DNA of 64,000 bases from an uncultured Planctomycetaceae bacterium (lineage in GTDB: Bacteria; Planctomycetota; Planctomycetia; Pirellulales; PALSA-1355), in NCBI GenBank assembly GCA_963785305.1, contig CAWAUV010000008.1:704001-768000 (forward strand), in the 5' to 3' direction. Below, in pieces: positions 31,786-42,698 of the stretch. Both the position numbers and the translations under genes were made by a program. How positions within the stretch are numbered: position 1 is the stretch's first letter; every line of letters starts with the position of its first letter. A model generated the notes under the pieces. It saw nothing but the letters and a program-made list of their open reading frames with translations, made no database searches and was not told the origin of the DNA.

Positions 31786-32148
31786 CTATTTCCTCAACTC
31801 GATCGGAACCCGGTCGATCTTGGCGGCGAGAATAAAGTCGTTTTCCGAGAGACCGCCGATCGCGTGGGTCCAGAGCTCGATCCACACATTGCGGTAGCCT
31901 TCGAGGTGCAGGTCCGGGTGATGCCCATCGGCTTCGGCCAAGCGGGCGACTTCCTCGAAAAATCGCATTCCGGCCATGAAGTTCTTAACCACCCAGTCCC
32001 TGCGAATCCGCTGACCGTCAGCCGAGAGCCGCCAATCGCGAAGCTGGGCAAGCTGGGCTTCGGCCTCGGGCCGGCTGAATTTCGCGACCCCCCCCTCGCA
32101 GGGAGCGCATTTCGCTTTTGCCAGTTCCTCGGAGCCACGGATCTGCAT
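31786..32148 (-). CDS. phhB: Pterin-4-alpha-carbinolamine dehydratase
   Basis: 'CAPCEGG', 'AEADGHHPDL', 'WTHAIGGLSENDFILAAKID'. Confidence 0.95.
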   Translation of the reverse strand: MQIRGSEELAKAKCAPCEGGVAKFSRPEAEAQLAQLRDWRLSADGQRIRRDWVVKNFMAGMRFFEEVARLAEADGHHPDLHLEGYRNVWIELWTHAIGGLSENDFILAAKIDRVPIELRK

Positions 32149-32446
32149 GGCCAAAGCCTCGTTTTCCTCGATGGTTCCGCCCGGCCGCTTTTCGCGTCCG
32201 CCAATCTTCACCAGTCTATTATGACGGGTCGAAAGTCGCTCGGTCAACCTGAACGATCCGCAAGGCGGCGGAAAACGGCGCCGGTTTGTGCGTCGGGCCA
32301 GTTCGCGATCTCGCCCTCGCCGGATCGGTCGGCCCCCCGGGCGACAAGAAATTTTTGCAGTTCGCGGCGACTTGGAATAAGCTGGAGAGATTCGGTGCGT
32401 TGCCTCCGCGGACATCCACTTTTTCGCCTTGGGCTGCTCGGTTTTT

Positions 32447-33121
32447 ATGAACTCGCGTTCCGATGCCATTAAAATCCTTCAGCAAGCTCGTGATCTGTTG
32501 GCCGATCGTCTCACGGAGCGGGTCATCGAAGCCCGCGACGAGATTCTTGAAGACGCCAGTGGTCTGACGTATTTGAGCGAGATCGAGACGCTCTACGAGC
32601 AGCTTGGCGGTCGCTTGGCGCATATCAACGCGATGCTCTCGAATCTGCCGCCGGTCGAAGAGCCGGCGCCGGTCGAGGAACCGCGGCCAGCGCCGGTGTA
32701 TTCCGATCTGGCGACGGCCTACGCCACCTCGATCGACGCGGCGCCGCTGCCGTCGGAACCACTCGCCCTGCCGGCGCCCGAATTACGGTTGCCGGCGCTG
32801 CCGCCGATGGCGAGTTTCCAGGCATTTGCCGAACAGATCGACGATGGCGATCTCGAGGGCGCGGGTCGTTCGATCGCGGAGATTTTCGCGGTCGACGCGG
32901 AGCGTGGCCGGCGATGCGCGGAAGCGTTTGCAGCCCATATCGCGGCGCATCCCGAGGCGATGGCCAAGGCTTCGCGCTTGCGCGGCGATATCGAGCGGGG
33001 TGATATGAACAGCGCGTTGATGTTGCTGCACGAATGCTTCGGCTTGCAAGGGCTCGAATCGCTCGGCGTGTTGCAAACCCTGCGATCCCGCTTCGCCGCT
33101 CCCGACATGCACGCCGCCTGA
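32447..33121 (+). CDS. Hypothetical protein
   Basis: Helical N- and C-terminal domains with a Pro-rich linker and good coding bias. Confidence 0.65.
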   Translation: MNSRSDAIKILQQARDLLADRLTERVIEARDEILEDASGLTYLSEIETLYEQLGGRLAHINAMLSNLPPVEEPAPVEEPRPAPVYSDLATAYATSIDAAPLPSEPLALPAPELRLPALPPMASFQAFAEQIDDGDLEGAGRSIAEIFAVDAERGRRCAEAFAAHIAAHPEAMAKASRLRGDIERGDMNSALMLLHECFGLQGLESLGVLQTLRSRFAAPDMHAA

Positions 33122-33148
33122 TAGCCTGTTGAAATCTTCAACAGGCTA
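33122..33148. repeat. Palindrome family, copy 4
   Basis: tagcctgttgaaatcttcaacaggcta, directly after the TGA stop at 33121. Confidence 0.8.
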
Positions 33149-33216
33149 CTAATCGCCTTCGCGCCTCTCGCGCACACCGTCGTCGTTCCGCCGCTTGATC
33201 CGAAGGGGGCGCGACA

Positions 33217-33246
33217 TTGACCGGCTTTTCCGCGGGCTGCTATAAT
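33217..33246 (+). promoter_or_regulatory. Sigma70-type promoter of cysK
   Basis: TTGACC-18 bp-TATAAT with an extended -10 TG. Confidence 0.65.
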
Positions 33247-33400
33247 TTCCGGCCACGGAATGCTTTAGCGGCCCCTCTGGCCGGTGGCGAACCGATTCCA
33301 GCGTCGCGGGGGTCTTTTTCGGTGCGCGGACCGAGAACCTCGCTGGGCGCGGAGCGAAAAACGGAGTGTTTGGGAGTTTTTCTCGAGCGAAAGGATCATT

Positions 33401-34389
33401 ATGGCCACGGCGACCGAAAAGGGCAGCGTCTCGAAGGATATTCGACCTTCAGGCATTCATGCGGATATCACCCAGTGCATCGGCCACACCCCACTGGTGC
33501 GACTCAATCGCATCGCGGCTGGCTGCCGGGCCACGGTGCTCGCCAAGCTCGAAAGCTTCAATCCGCTTTGGAGCGTGAAAGATCGCATCGGCCGGGCCAT
33601 GATCGACGCCGCCGAGCGCGATGGCCGCATTAAGTCCGACACCGTGATCATCGAGCCCACGAGCGGCAACACCGGCATTGCGCTCGCCTATGTGTGCGCG
33701 GCCCGCGGCTACAAGCTCATGGTCACGATGCCCGAGAGCATGAGCCTCGAACGGCGGCGACTGCTCAAGGCGCTGGGGGTCGAGATCGTGCTCACCCCGG
33801 CGGCCGAGGGCATGCCGGGCGCGGTGCGTCGGGCCGAGGAATTGGTCGCGGCGAACAAAAACTATTTCATGCCCCAGCAGTTCAAGAACCCGGCCAATCC
33901 CGAGATTCATCGCCGCACCACGGTCGAGGAAATCTGCGCGACACCGAGGGCAAGATCGACATCTTCATCGCCGGAGTCGGCACCGGCGGCACGATCACCG
34001 GCGTGGGCGAAGTGCTCAAGAGCCGCAAGCCCGATGTGAGGATTCTGGCGGTCGAGCCGGCCAACAGTCCGGTGCTCACCCAGCGCCGGGCCGGCCGGGA
34101 GATCAAGCCGGGCAAGCACATGATTCAGGGCATCGGCGCCGGATTTATTCCCGATGTGCTGAATATCGACATTCTCGATGACGTGATTCAGGTGCAAGAC
34201 GAGGATGCGATGGAAACCTCGCGGCGACTGGCGAAGCTCGAGGGCATGATGTGCGGCATTAGCTGCGGCGCCGCGGCCTGGGCCGCGCTCGAAGTCGCGA
34301 AGAAGCCGGAAAATGAAGGAAAAGTAATCGTCGTCGTGCTGCCCGATCTGGGCGAACGCTATCTCTCGACCAAACTGTTCCCGGAATAA
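33401..34389 (+). CDS. cysK: Cysteine synthase A (one frameshift near 33935)
   Basis: 'SVKDRIG', 'EPTSGNTG', 'GVGTGGT', 'IQGIGAGF', 'GERYLST'. Confidence 0.96.
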
Positions 34390-34489
34390 GGGCCTTGGGA
34401 ATGGTTGCCCGGCGGGAGCGGCGACCGGCCCCCACCAATTTCTTGATTCTGGCGGCGGAAACGCGCATGATAGTCAAGGCAACGTGTCG

Positions 34490-34525
34490 CGTGTCTGGGT
34501 TCGCCGAGCGGCGAACCCAGACACG
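34490..34525. repeat. Perfect 16-bp-stem hairpin (REP-like)
   Basis: CGTGTCTGGGTTCGCC-gagc-GGCGAACCCAGACACG. Confidence 0.75.
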
Positions 34526-34597
34526 GACGCGGTTGATTTTCGACAAGGCGTTTATCCTTTCGCGACCCATCCTCCTCATTTGCATGCTACCCGTCTT

Positions 34598-35656
34598 ATG
34601 GTGAGAAAGCATTGCGCATTGCTTCGGTCGAAGCGACTGGCCGGCGGATTCACGCTCGTCGAGTTGCTGGTCGTGATTACGATCATCGGCATTCTCGTTG
34701 CCCTATTGTTGCCGGCTGTTTCGGCGGCGCGCGAATCGGCGCGGCGGACCGTCTGCCAAAACAATCTCAAACAATTAGCCAACGCCTGTTTGCAACACGA
34801 TCAGGCCCAGGGGTTCCTGCCCTCGGGCGGATACGGTTGGAACTGGGCCGGCGACCCTGATCGCGGCTTCGGTCGACGCCAGCCGGGCGGCTGGCATTAC
34901 AACATTCTGCCGTACATGGATCAACAAGCGCTGCACGACCAAGGCAGCGATCCGGCCAACGATATCACCTTCAGCACGCTCAAGCTCAATGGGATCACGG
35001 CCACGATGCAAACTCCGCTACCGGCCTTCACCTGCCCGACGCGCCATCAGGTGATGGTATTTCCCTACACCCACGGAAACGCGTTTTTCGACTCGAACAA
35101 TCCGCCCACGATCGCCCGTAGCGACTACGCCGCCAACGCCGGCGACGTGAACCCCACTATTCCCGAGGGGCCGGGCAGTTTGAGCGCGCAAGCGGCTACG
35201 GTCGGGTCGATCACTCAAGATTCGCTCACCGCGACCGGCGTTTCCTATTGCCAGAGCGAAGTGCGAATCGCCCAAATCACCGATGGGGCCAGCAACACCT
35301 ATTTGGTCGGCGAGCGGTATATGGATCCCGATAATTACTTGAACGGCTCGGAGTGCGCCAACGATCAGGGTTGGAACCAGGGCTACGACTACGACACCTT
35401 CCGCTGGACCGGCATGGCGCCCAATTCGACTTCGCCGACCCAGGCGCTCTACACGCCGAGCCCCAACCCGCCGATGCCCGACACGCCGGGAATCGGCGGC
35501 TGTGACAGCGCCTTCGGCAGCAATCATAACGATGTATTCAGCATGTCGTTTTGCGATGGATCGGTGCGACCAGTTACTTTCGGTATTTCGCCCGCCCTGC
35601 ATCAAGTGCTGGGCAACCGCCAAGATGCCCAACCGGCGAACACCTCGCAGTTTTAG
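34598..35656 (+). CDS. DUF1559 protein with prepilin-type N-terminal motif
   Basis: '[38 protein letters not shown]', 'ITDGASNT', 'FGSNH...CDGSVR'. Confidence 0.95.
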   Translation: MVRKHCALLRSKRLAGGFTLVELLVVITIIGILVALLLPAVSAARESARRTVCQNNLKQLANACLQHDQAQGFLPSGGYGWNWAGDPDRGFGRRQPGGWHYNILPYMDQQALHDQGSDPANDITFSTLKLNGITATMQTPLPAFTCPTRHQVMVFPYTHGNAFFDSNNPPTIARSDYAANAGDVNPTIPEGPGSLSAQAATVGSITQDSLTATGVSYCQSEVRIAQITDGASNTYLVGERYMDPDNYLNGSECANDQGWNQGYDYDTFRWTGMAPNSTSPTQALYTPSPNPPMPDTPGIGGCDSAFGSNHNDVFSMSFCDGSVRPVTFGISPALHQVLGNRQDAQPANTSQF

Positions 35657-35816
35657 CGCTTTGTCACGGCTGAAATGATAGGTAACCCCGTGGCGCCATG
35701 CCCACGCTTGCGTGGGCATGTTTTCGAGCGCCAAGCGGAGTCTTCATGCCCACGCCGGGCCGTGGGCATGGAGTCGCGGAACCAATCCAACCCGTCATTT
35801 CAATTGTGACAATGCA
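35657..35816. mobile_element. 160-bp MITE, copy 2 (inverted relative to copy 1), with TTAG target-site duplication
   Basis: TTAG at 35653-35656 and 35817-35820. Near-identical reverse complement of 20915-21074. Confidence 0.85.
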
Positions 35817-35962
35817 TTAGCCGACTTTTTAAAAACGCCAGCGTGGACCAGCGTGGCCATCGCGGCATTTTTCAATCTCGCCAAGCGCCGAGCAAAGCTC
35901 GTCGCGGCTCGCAACATAACTACCCGGGTCCGTTCTTTTGACACCGCATCCATGCGGCGGCT

Positions 35963-35989
35963 CGGCCCATTGAATATTTCAACGGGCCG
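35963..35989. repeat. Palindrome family, copy 5 (degenerate)
   Basis: cggcccattgaatatttcaacgggccg. Confidence 0.65.
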
Positions 35990-36253
35990 CCAGGGACCGA
36001 GCCGCGAAAGCGTCGACGGGTTATCCACATTCGTCCCCGTGCCCGCGGCTCGACCGTTCTTCGCAAGTCATTGCACGGCAACGGGTTCGCGGCCAAGCGG
36101 CGTTTCCAGCGGCGTTCGTGAGTCGGTCGAGCCGCGGGGCGGTTTTTCAAGGGCTCGGAACATTCTGTTAGCATGGGTGGGCCATGCGGCGACAAGAGGG
36201 CGCGGTCGCGGCGAGCGACGCCCTTCTTTTTTGTCCAGTACAACAGGTGTCCG

Positions 36254-36466
36254 ATGCCCAATTCCATGCACGGCCGGTCTGAACAAGCGCGGGTCGCGGA
36301 GCTCAAGCGATTGCTCACCTCACGGCGTTTCGATTCGCTGGAAAGCCTGGAAGACGTGGTGGATGCGTTTCTGTGGGGCACGGAAAATAGCGATCCCGGC
36401 CACGAGGCCGATGGTTCCAGCGGCGCTCCCGAACATGCTCCCGGCAATGTTCTTGGGCGAGAATAA
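36254..36466 (+). CDS. Small protein, possibly FlgM-C-terminal-like
   Basis: 'RVAELKRLLTSRRFDSLESLEDVVDAFL' resembles the sigma-binding helices of FlgM. Confidence 0.4.
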   Translation: MPNSMHGRSEQARVAELKRLLTSRRFDSLESLEDVVDAFLWGTENSDPGHEADGSSGAPEHAPGNVLGRE

Positions 36467-36985
36467 TTGCGGGGCCGGCCCCATGTCGTGGGCCTTTCCC
36501 GGGTCACTCACGAAATGCGAATAATCGCCGCCCGCAAGCTTGCTAGCACGACAATTTCTCGAAATTGCCCACGCGGACCGGACCAGCGCGGAGTATAATA
36601 GCGGCGAAGGCACGTCCCGGTAGTCATGAAGAATTGAAAGAAGATCGCGGGTCGTTTTGCCGATCTGATACGTGTCTTGAAAGCCGGTCCACGAGGCTGG
36701 CGACCAAGGCATGGAAACGACTGTGTTTCCGCCTTCACGGCCAACCGACGCGTTGGCCGCGGGGGCTCCGAACTTTGGGAGCATTCAAACCCCATCAACA
36801 GCAGGAATTCCGTCGGAGGGACTACTTTTGGCGTGAGCTTGGATCATCAAACGGCCGTGCTTAGCACTGTCAGATCCCGCTCTTCTCGCAGCGACTCCAC
36901 CGTCGCAAATCAGCTGGGGGTTTGATTACTGAGGCCGCCGCTCATAACCATGGGGCAGCGGCTTCTTTTTTGCGCTGACCGGGAC

Positions 36986-39747
36986 TTAATCGCGGCCGCG
37001 CTTGGCTTGGTCGAGCGCGGCGACAGTCGACGCCCAATCGCGGCTAAATCGAACTGCACGATCGTCCCCACGCTCGGTGACGAATGAGGCCGCCAGCCCC
37101 AAGCGATCGGCCAGTGGCAGTCCGGATTCGGCGCCCAACACCAAGAGCGCGGTCGACCAAGCGTCGGCCCGCGCAGTCCTCGGCGACGACCGTCACGCTC
37201 ACCGTGTCGTGCGTGACCGGCTCGCCGGTTCGCGGGTCGATGATATGCGAGCGTCGCACGCCCCCATCGCGCCAGTTCTGATGATATGTGCCCGAAGTCG
37301 AAAGCGCGCGATCGACGAGCCGAACCACTCGCTCGGGCCGCTCGATCGCCACGGTCCACGCTCCCCGGGCCCTCAGCTCGCCGCCGGCTTCGACCAGATA
37401 TCGCACATGCCCCCGCTGGGCGAGCAAATCGCCAAGCTGATCGACGGCCCAGCCTTCGGCGATCGAAGCGAGGTCGATCGTGAGTTCCGGCCGGTCTTTG
37501 GCGAGCGCGTCGCCGGCGGGCGTTGTGGTAATGCGGCGCCATCCGACGAGTCCGCGCGCCGTGACAATCGCTTCGGGCGTCGGCGGCTGTCCCCAATGGC
37601 CGCCGGGGCCAAAGCCCCAGAGTTTCACCAGCGGCGCCACGGTAATGTCGAACGCTCCGCCGCTGCTTTCGCTGATCTCGCGAGCGGCTTCAACCATCCA
37701 AACCAACTCGCGCGGCGCCGGCGCCGGATCGGTCGACTGCCGGGCGTTGAATCGCGACACATCGGAATTGGGCCGCCAGTTCGACGCCAGATTTTCGACC
37801 CGTTCGAGGCAGGCTTCCAGTTCGCCTTGCAGCGAGTCGGGCGCCGGTTCGCCGATTTTCACGCTCCAGCTGGCGCCCATGGCTCGTCCGTGAAACTCGC
37901 GCCGGCCAGATATCGCGAGAGCGGAAGGCGCGAGACGCGCCGCGCGACGCCCGTGTGTTCTTCGGTTCGCCGCGCGTGGTTTGGTTCGCGGTCGGCCGGG
38001 CGAGCGGCGCTGGTTTGGCCGGCTCGCCGCTTGCCGCGTTCGCGGACCACGAGGGGCTTGCGATCGCCCCGATCAAGAGCATCGCCAGCGCCAAGATGTC
38101 TCGCCGCCCAAAGCGATCGGCGGCGCCGTGGCTGCGCACCAGTTCAAGCAGCGCGCCGGTCGGGCAACCGTAGCGGCAATAGGCCTGGGGAATGCGCAGC
38201 GATAGCGCGAGCCCGACGACCGCGATCGCGATTGTCGCCCAACCGGCGGTGCGCCAGCTCCAGGCGTCGAATGGTTCGAGCGCCGCGAGATCGACCCGCC
38301 AGCCGCGAAGCGTGGCCACGAGGGCGAATGTCAGAATCGCCTGCGGCGCGAGCGACAGCCAGCGCGCCAGGGCGCCGGGCAATCGCCACTGGCGCCGGCT
38401 CCAGGAACCGAGCCACTGTTGCAGGGCGCCATGTGGGCAGATTTGATGGCAATAAAGCTGCCGCCGCGTGGCCCAGGGCACGATCAGGGCGGCGGCGAGC
38501 AACAACGTGAGCCCCGGCAGCGCGCGCCAAGCGAGCCCATGTTCGGCCCATCCGGCAAAAAGCTCGAGCGAAAGCATTTCACCGCTGATGAGCCCGACAT
38601 ATCCAATCAAGATCGCTTGCCACGCGCATCGCGCCCAGCGCACGCCGCGCAAATTCGAGAGCGCCATGACAAGCGAGCCGCACACCACCAGCGCGAGCAA
38701 TACATCCTGCAAGCGAATGCGCCACTGCTCGGGCGCCGCGGCCGGCAAAGCGGCGAAACGGCGTTTCATGCCTTCGGCCATCGCCCAACTTGTTTCCGTG
38801 GCCCCACTCACGCCTTCGATGCCATCGCGCTCGTAGTCCACCTTGGCAAGCCACTCGGGACTCTTGCCGATGAACAGTTCCCGCATCCAGTGATCGTCGT
38901 CGCGCACGCTGGTTACATAGTCGGGCGTGTCGTAACTCTTGCGAAGCCGCAGTCCGACCACGGCGGCGCCATCGGGCCCAAGCGCGACCAGCGATTCGCT
39001 CGGGCCTCGGTATCCGCTTACATTGTCCGACCAGGGCGAAGTGTGCGCGACAAGCCCCAAGAGCGCTCCCTCGGCGGAGAAGACGCGCAGCCGGCCGGTC
39101 GATTCCTCGGGCTTGAAGCTCGCCGCGGCGGGAAACAGCTCGCGGACGTCACCGAGCGTGATCGGTTCCGGGAAACGGAGCGAAGGCGCGCGGCCCGAGA
39201 GCCGACGGGCGATGCTTTCGGCAATGGCGCCGCTGGTGAGCGTGGCCCCGCTCACCGCCGCCACTCGGGGCAGCGGCTCGCTGGGGCGCCAGCCTTGAAA
39301 GGCGCGAAGCCAATCGCGGTCTTTTTGCACGAGCTCGACATGATCTTCGGTGTCGCCGCTGGAAAGAATCTCGGCGCCAAGGACCGCGCCTTCGCCATCG
39401 AGCGCAATGAGCACATTGGTCGGCCCGCTGTAGCCGATGAGGTTCGAGGTCTCGGGCAGTGTGGTGAGCAGGTAGCCGAGCGGCTGGCCCTGGGCGTCGC
39501 GAGCATAGTGCCCGCCGAGTTCTGGGTCGCGGGGCGAAAGCGACACGGTGGCGGGGAAAAAACGGCGAGCCTCCGCGAGCGTGACCGCGGGCGTCCGTTG
39601 GGCGACGAGCCATGCATGCTCATGGCGCACGAGCCAAAGAATCGCGAGCACCACTCCCGCCCGCCACAGGCGGAGCGCGAGCGGCTTGAGCCGAGCGTGG
39701 CGCGGAGGGCGGCGCGATGTTTCGGCGATCGGGAGATTGGCGGACAT
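36986..39747 (-). CDS. apbE: Fusion: 2x FMN-binding + NosR/NapH-like 4Fe-4S membrane domain + ApbE flavin transferase (frameshifted)
   Basis: Two SGAT flavinylation motifs (AAVSGATLTS, EGVSGATETS) and CxxxCP motifs YCHQICPHG and YCRYGCPTG. ApbE motifs 'MGASW', 'GAFDITVAPLVKLWG', 'DLASIAEGWAVD', 'STSGTY..HIIDPRTG', 'ADAWSTAL'. Confidence 0.85.
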
Positions 39748-42082
39748 TATTTGGCTGGCGCGATCGCGACGGCGTCGGCATGAATGAAGCCATTGGCGCC
39801 ATCGTTCGAGAGCGTCACGGCGAGGCGTTCTCCGGCCGTGGCCTCGACAACGCTGACGCTGACGAAGCCCGGCGCCCGCGCGCGCGCTGGTCGAGAACCG
39901 TCAATGTGTTCGAGGCGCGGCCCTCGACGAGGCAAACCGTGTTCGACGCGCGATTTTCATGGGGCGCCCAAGCGACGAAGACTCTGTAGCGTCCGTCTTT
40001 GGGAATCATGAACTCATAGCGGGCAGTGGCTTTCGATTTCGGTCCCGCATAACGATAAGCGTCGCCGATGTGCGCCAGGGATTCGCCGGCGCTCCAATCA
40101 CCCGTGAACCTCGCCGATGCATCATCGACCACGATCGCGCCGGCGGGCGCCTCGAAGGGCGCGCTGTTCGACGCGGGAAGATCGGCGAGCGAGGCGATCG
40201 GCTTCGAGGGCGACGAATTCGCGGGCAAGACGAGCGGGCCGCCGATCGTTTCGCGCCTCGCTCCGCCCGGTTGCCGCAAGAGGTCCTTCAAATCCTCGAG
40301 ATACGATTCATACACCCCGCGGGGATAGGTTTGCTTGGCCACGCAAAGATACGCCGCCTTGCCGACCACCTCGCCCATCATGCCGCAAGTGCGCATCACG
40401 CGAATCGTGCCGAGCGCTCCGTGCGTGACACTGATGCAGCGGCCGGCCATGAATAGGTTTTCGATATTCTTCGAGTAAAAACACCGATAGGGCAGCGGAT
40501 AGCCCTGCTTGCGATCGACGCCCTTGCCGAAATGTGCGCGGGAAATGAACGGATCGTCGGGAAATTTCTTCATGTACTGCTCTTTCGGATAATGCAGATC
40601 GAGGTCCCAAGTCGTCGGCACGCAACCGTCGGGGAACTCGCGGCGGCCACTGATATCGGCATCCGTGAGCAGGACATCGCCAGTCAACAGCCGGCTCTCG
40701 CGGGGACCTCCGATCGCGGCGATCCAAACGAGCTGGGCCCGCTCGTGCTTCTTCGCGTCTTTGCCATGCTTCATGGCCGAGAATGCGCCATGGACGGCCC
40801 GCAGGTTCCAATCGCGCATATATTCAAGATCATGGATCGGGTCGCGGTTGAAGCCGGTTTCCCAGAACCATTCGCCCTTGTGGAAAGGGGGCGAGGCGTC
40901 GCTCGAAAGCTTCGTGGCCGGAAAATCGGCCAAATCGAGCGGCAGCGCCCAGGGAGTATCGGGCCAGTCGACCGGCTGCTCGGCTTCTTGCCACTTCCAC
41001 ATATTGCTCATGCCCATGTGGCCTTTTTCGAGCATCGTAAACTCGGCCTTGGCCAGGGCGCCAACCGTGCCGTGGCCGGTGGCGTCGACAAAGAAGCGGC
41101 CGCGGAATTTCTTTTCCGCCGCCGTGCGCGTGTCGAGCGTGAGCACGCTTCGAATCCGACTCGCGGTCTCGGGCTCGAGCTCGGCGCCGATCACATGATG
41201 GAACAGAAACAGGTCGATGTTCTTTTCGGCCCGCACGACGCGTTCTTTCTTCGCGTCGCCATATTCCTCGGCCACGCCGGGGCTGTTCTTCGCATGGTCG
41301 GCGAATTCCTCGACGATATCGCCCAAGTGCGGAAACAGACCGCGCTGCGTGCCGCCTTGGGCCCAAACTTGCACCTCGCTCGAACCATTGCCGCCCAGCA
41401 CCGGCCGATCTTGCAGGAGCGCCACTTTCAATCCTTGCCGCGCCGCCGAGATCGCCGCGCCAAGCCCTGAATAGCCGCCGCCCGAGACCACGAGGTCATA
41501 GACCTCTGTTTCGGGAGTCTCGCGCGGAAGTCCGAGCAACCGCCGGCGCTCGTCGCGTGTTTCGGGCGGCTTGGCTTGGGCGTCGGTCGAAAAGAAGATC
41601 GCGTCGCAGCGGCCGTCGAAGCCTTTAAGGTCATGCAGCGCGAGGGTGTGCTTGCCCGCGGTCGCGATTTTTACCGGAGCGCCGGTTTGCCAATGCCACT
41701 CCGCGCCGGAGTCGCCAAACGTGCCGAGCGATTTTCCGTCGAGCAGCAGTTCAAAGGCGCCGGGAGCGCCGGCCGCTTTCCACCGCGCGACCCAGTCCTT
41801 GGCGCGAACCTCGAGGCGGTATTTGCCGGCCTCGGGAAAGTCGATGCTTGTTTCGCAGTCTTTCACCGGCGAGCCAAGCCCATGGGCAAGCAGGTAGGGC
41901 GAGCCCATGATGTCGATGAACTGCGTGTCGAGCATCCAGCCGCCCGGCGATGCGAAGGATTCGGCTTCGACAAAAATCTCGGCGCCCGAACCCGAACCGG
42001 CGCTGCTAGCGAGAACAATCGCGAGAACGGCGAACGCCGTAGCGCGATTGGGCGCGGCAAAAAGACCGTGCGAGCGAATCAT
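39747..42082 (-). CDS. Exported FAD-dependent oxidoreductase with C-terminal Golvesin/xanthan-lyase-like module (frameshift at C-terminus)
   Basis: Signal peptide, 'VVSGGGYSGLGAAISAAR', 'FVDATGHG', 'LFMAGRCIS..H...RVM'. C-terminus 'IVVDD...HENRASN...HADAV'. Stop overlaps the next ATG (TAATG). Confidence 0.88.
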
Positions 42083-42145
42083 GTGAATAAACCCCGAGAC
42101 GGCGAAGAATGATGCCGTGGCGAGAAACGCGGCGGCGGCAGTTCT

Positions 42146-42695
42146 TCAACGATAACCGCTCGCGCGACGGCGAGCAATCCGGCGCCGGGCCAGCAGTCGG
42201 TGCAAGCCAAACAGCGCTATCGTTCCCAGTGGCCACACGCGCCAAGGCCACTCGACGATCCATTCCGGCCGGGCCGGGCTCGCCTCGACGGTAAACCGAA
42301 GTCGCGCTTCCCGGCTCTCGAACCGACTCGTCACTTCCACTTCCCAAGCCCCGGGCCGCGGCAGGTCGACAATCGCCGCGCGCAGCAGTTTGTTGGTGGC
42401 CGCCGCGCTGGTTGCCTCGGCGCGAAGAACAAGCGGCGGATCGTCGCGATGGGTGAGCGTGACGAGGCTGGTCGCCGGGAGCGGCTCGCCCGTTTCGGCG
42501 TCCTGCACGAACACGCTGACATCGATCGGTCCGGCGCACGGCGGATTGGGCGCCGTGAACACCGTGACCCGAAGATCATCCTGACGGTCGGTTGGCGCAC
42601 GACTCCGCCATCGCCCCGCGCCCCGCGGCCGGTAGCCCAAGCGCGATGAGCACTGCAAGGGCGGCGCCGAATCGGGTTATTGCGACGCGAAGCAT
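42146..42695 (-). CDS. Exported/membrane hypothetical protein of the oxidase cluster (frameshifted)
   Basis: Signal peptide 'MLRVAITRFGAALAVLIALGL', beta-rich domain 'VTVFTAP...IDVSVFVQDA...LPRPGAWEVEV', C-terminal TM segment. Confidence 0.6.
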
Positions 42696-42698
42696 GTC

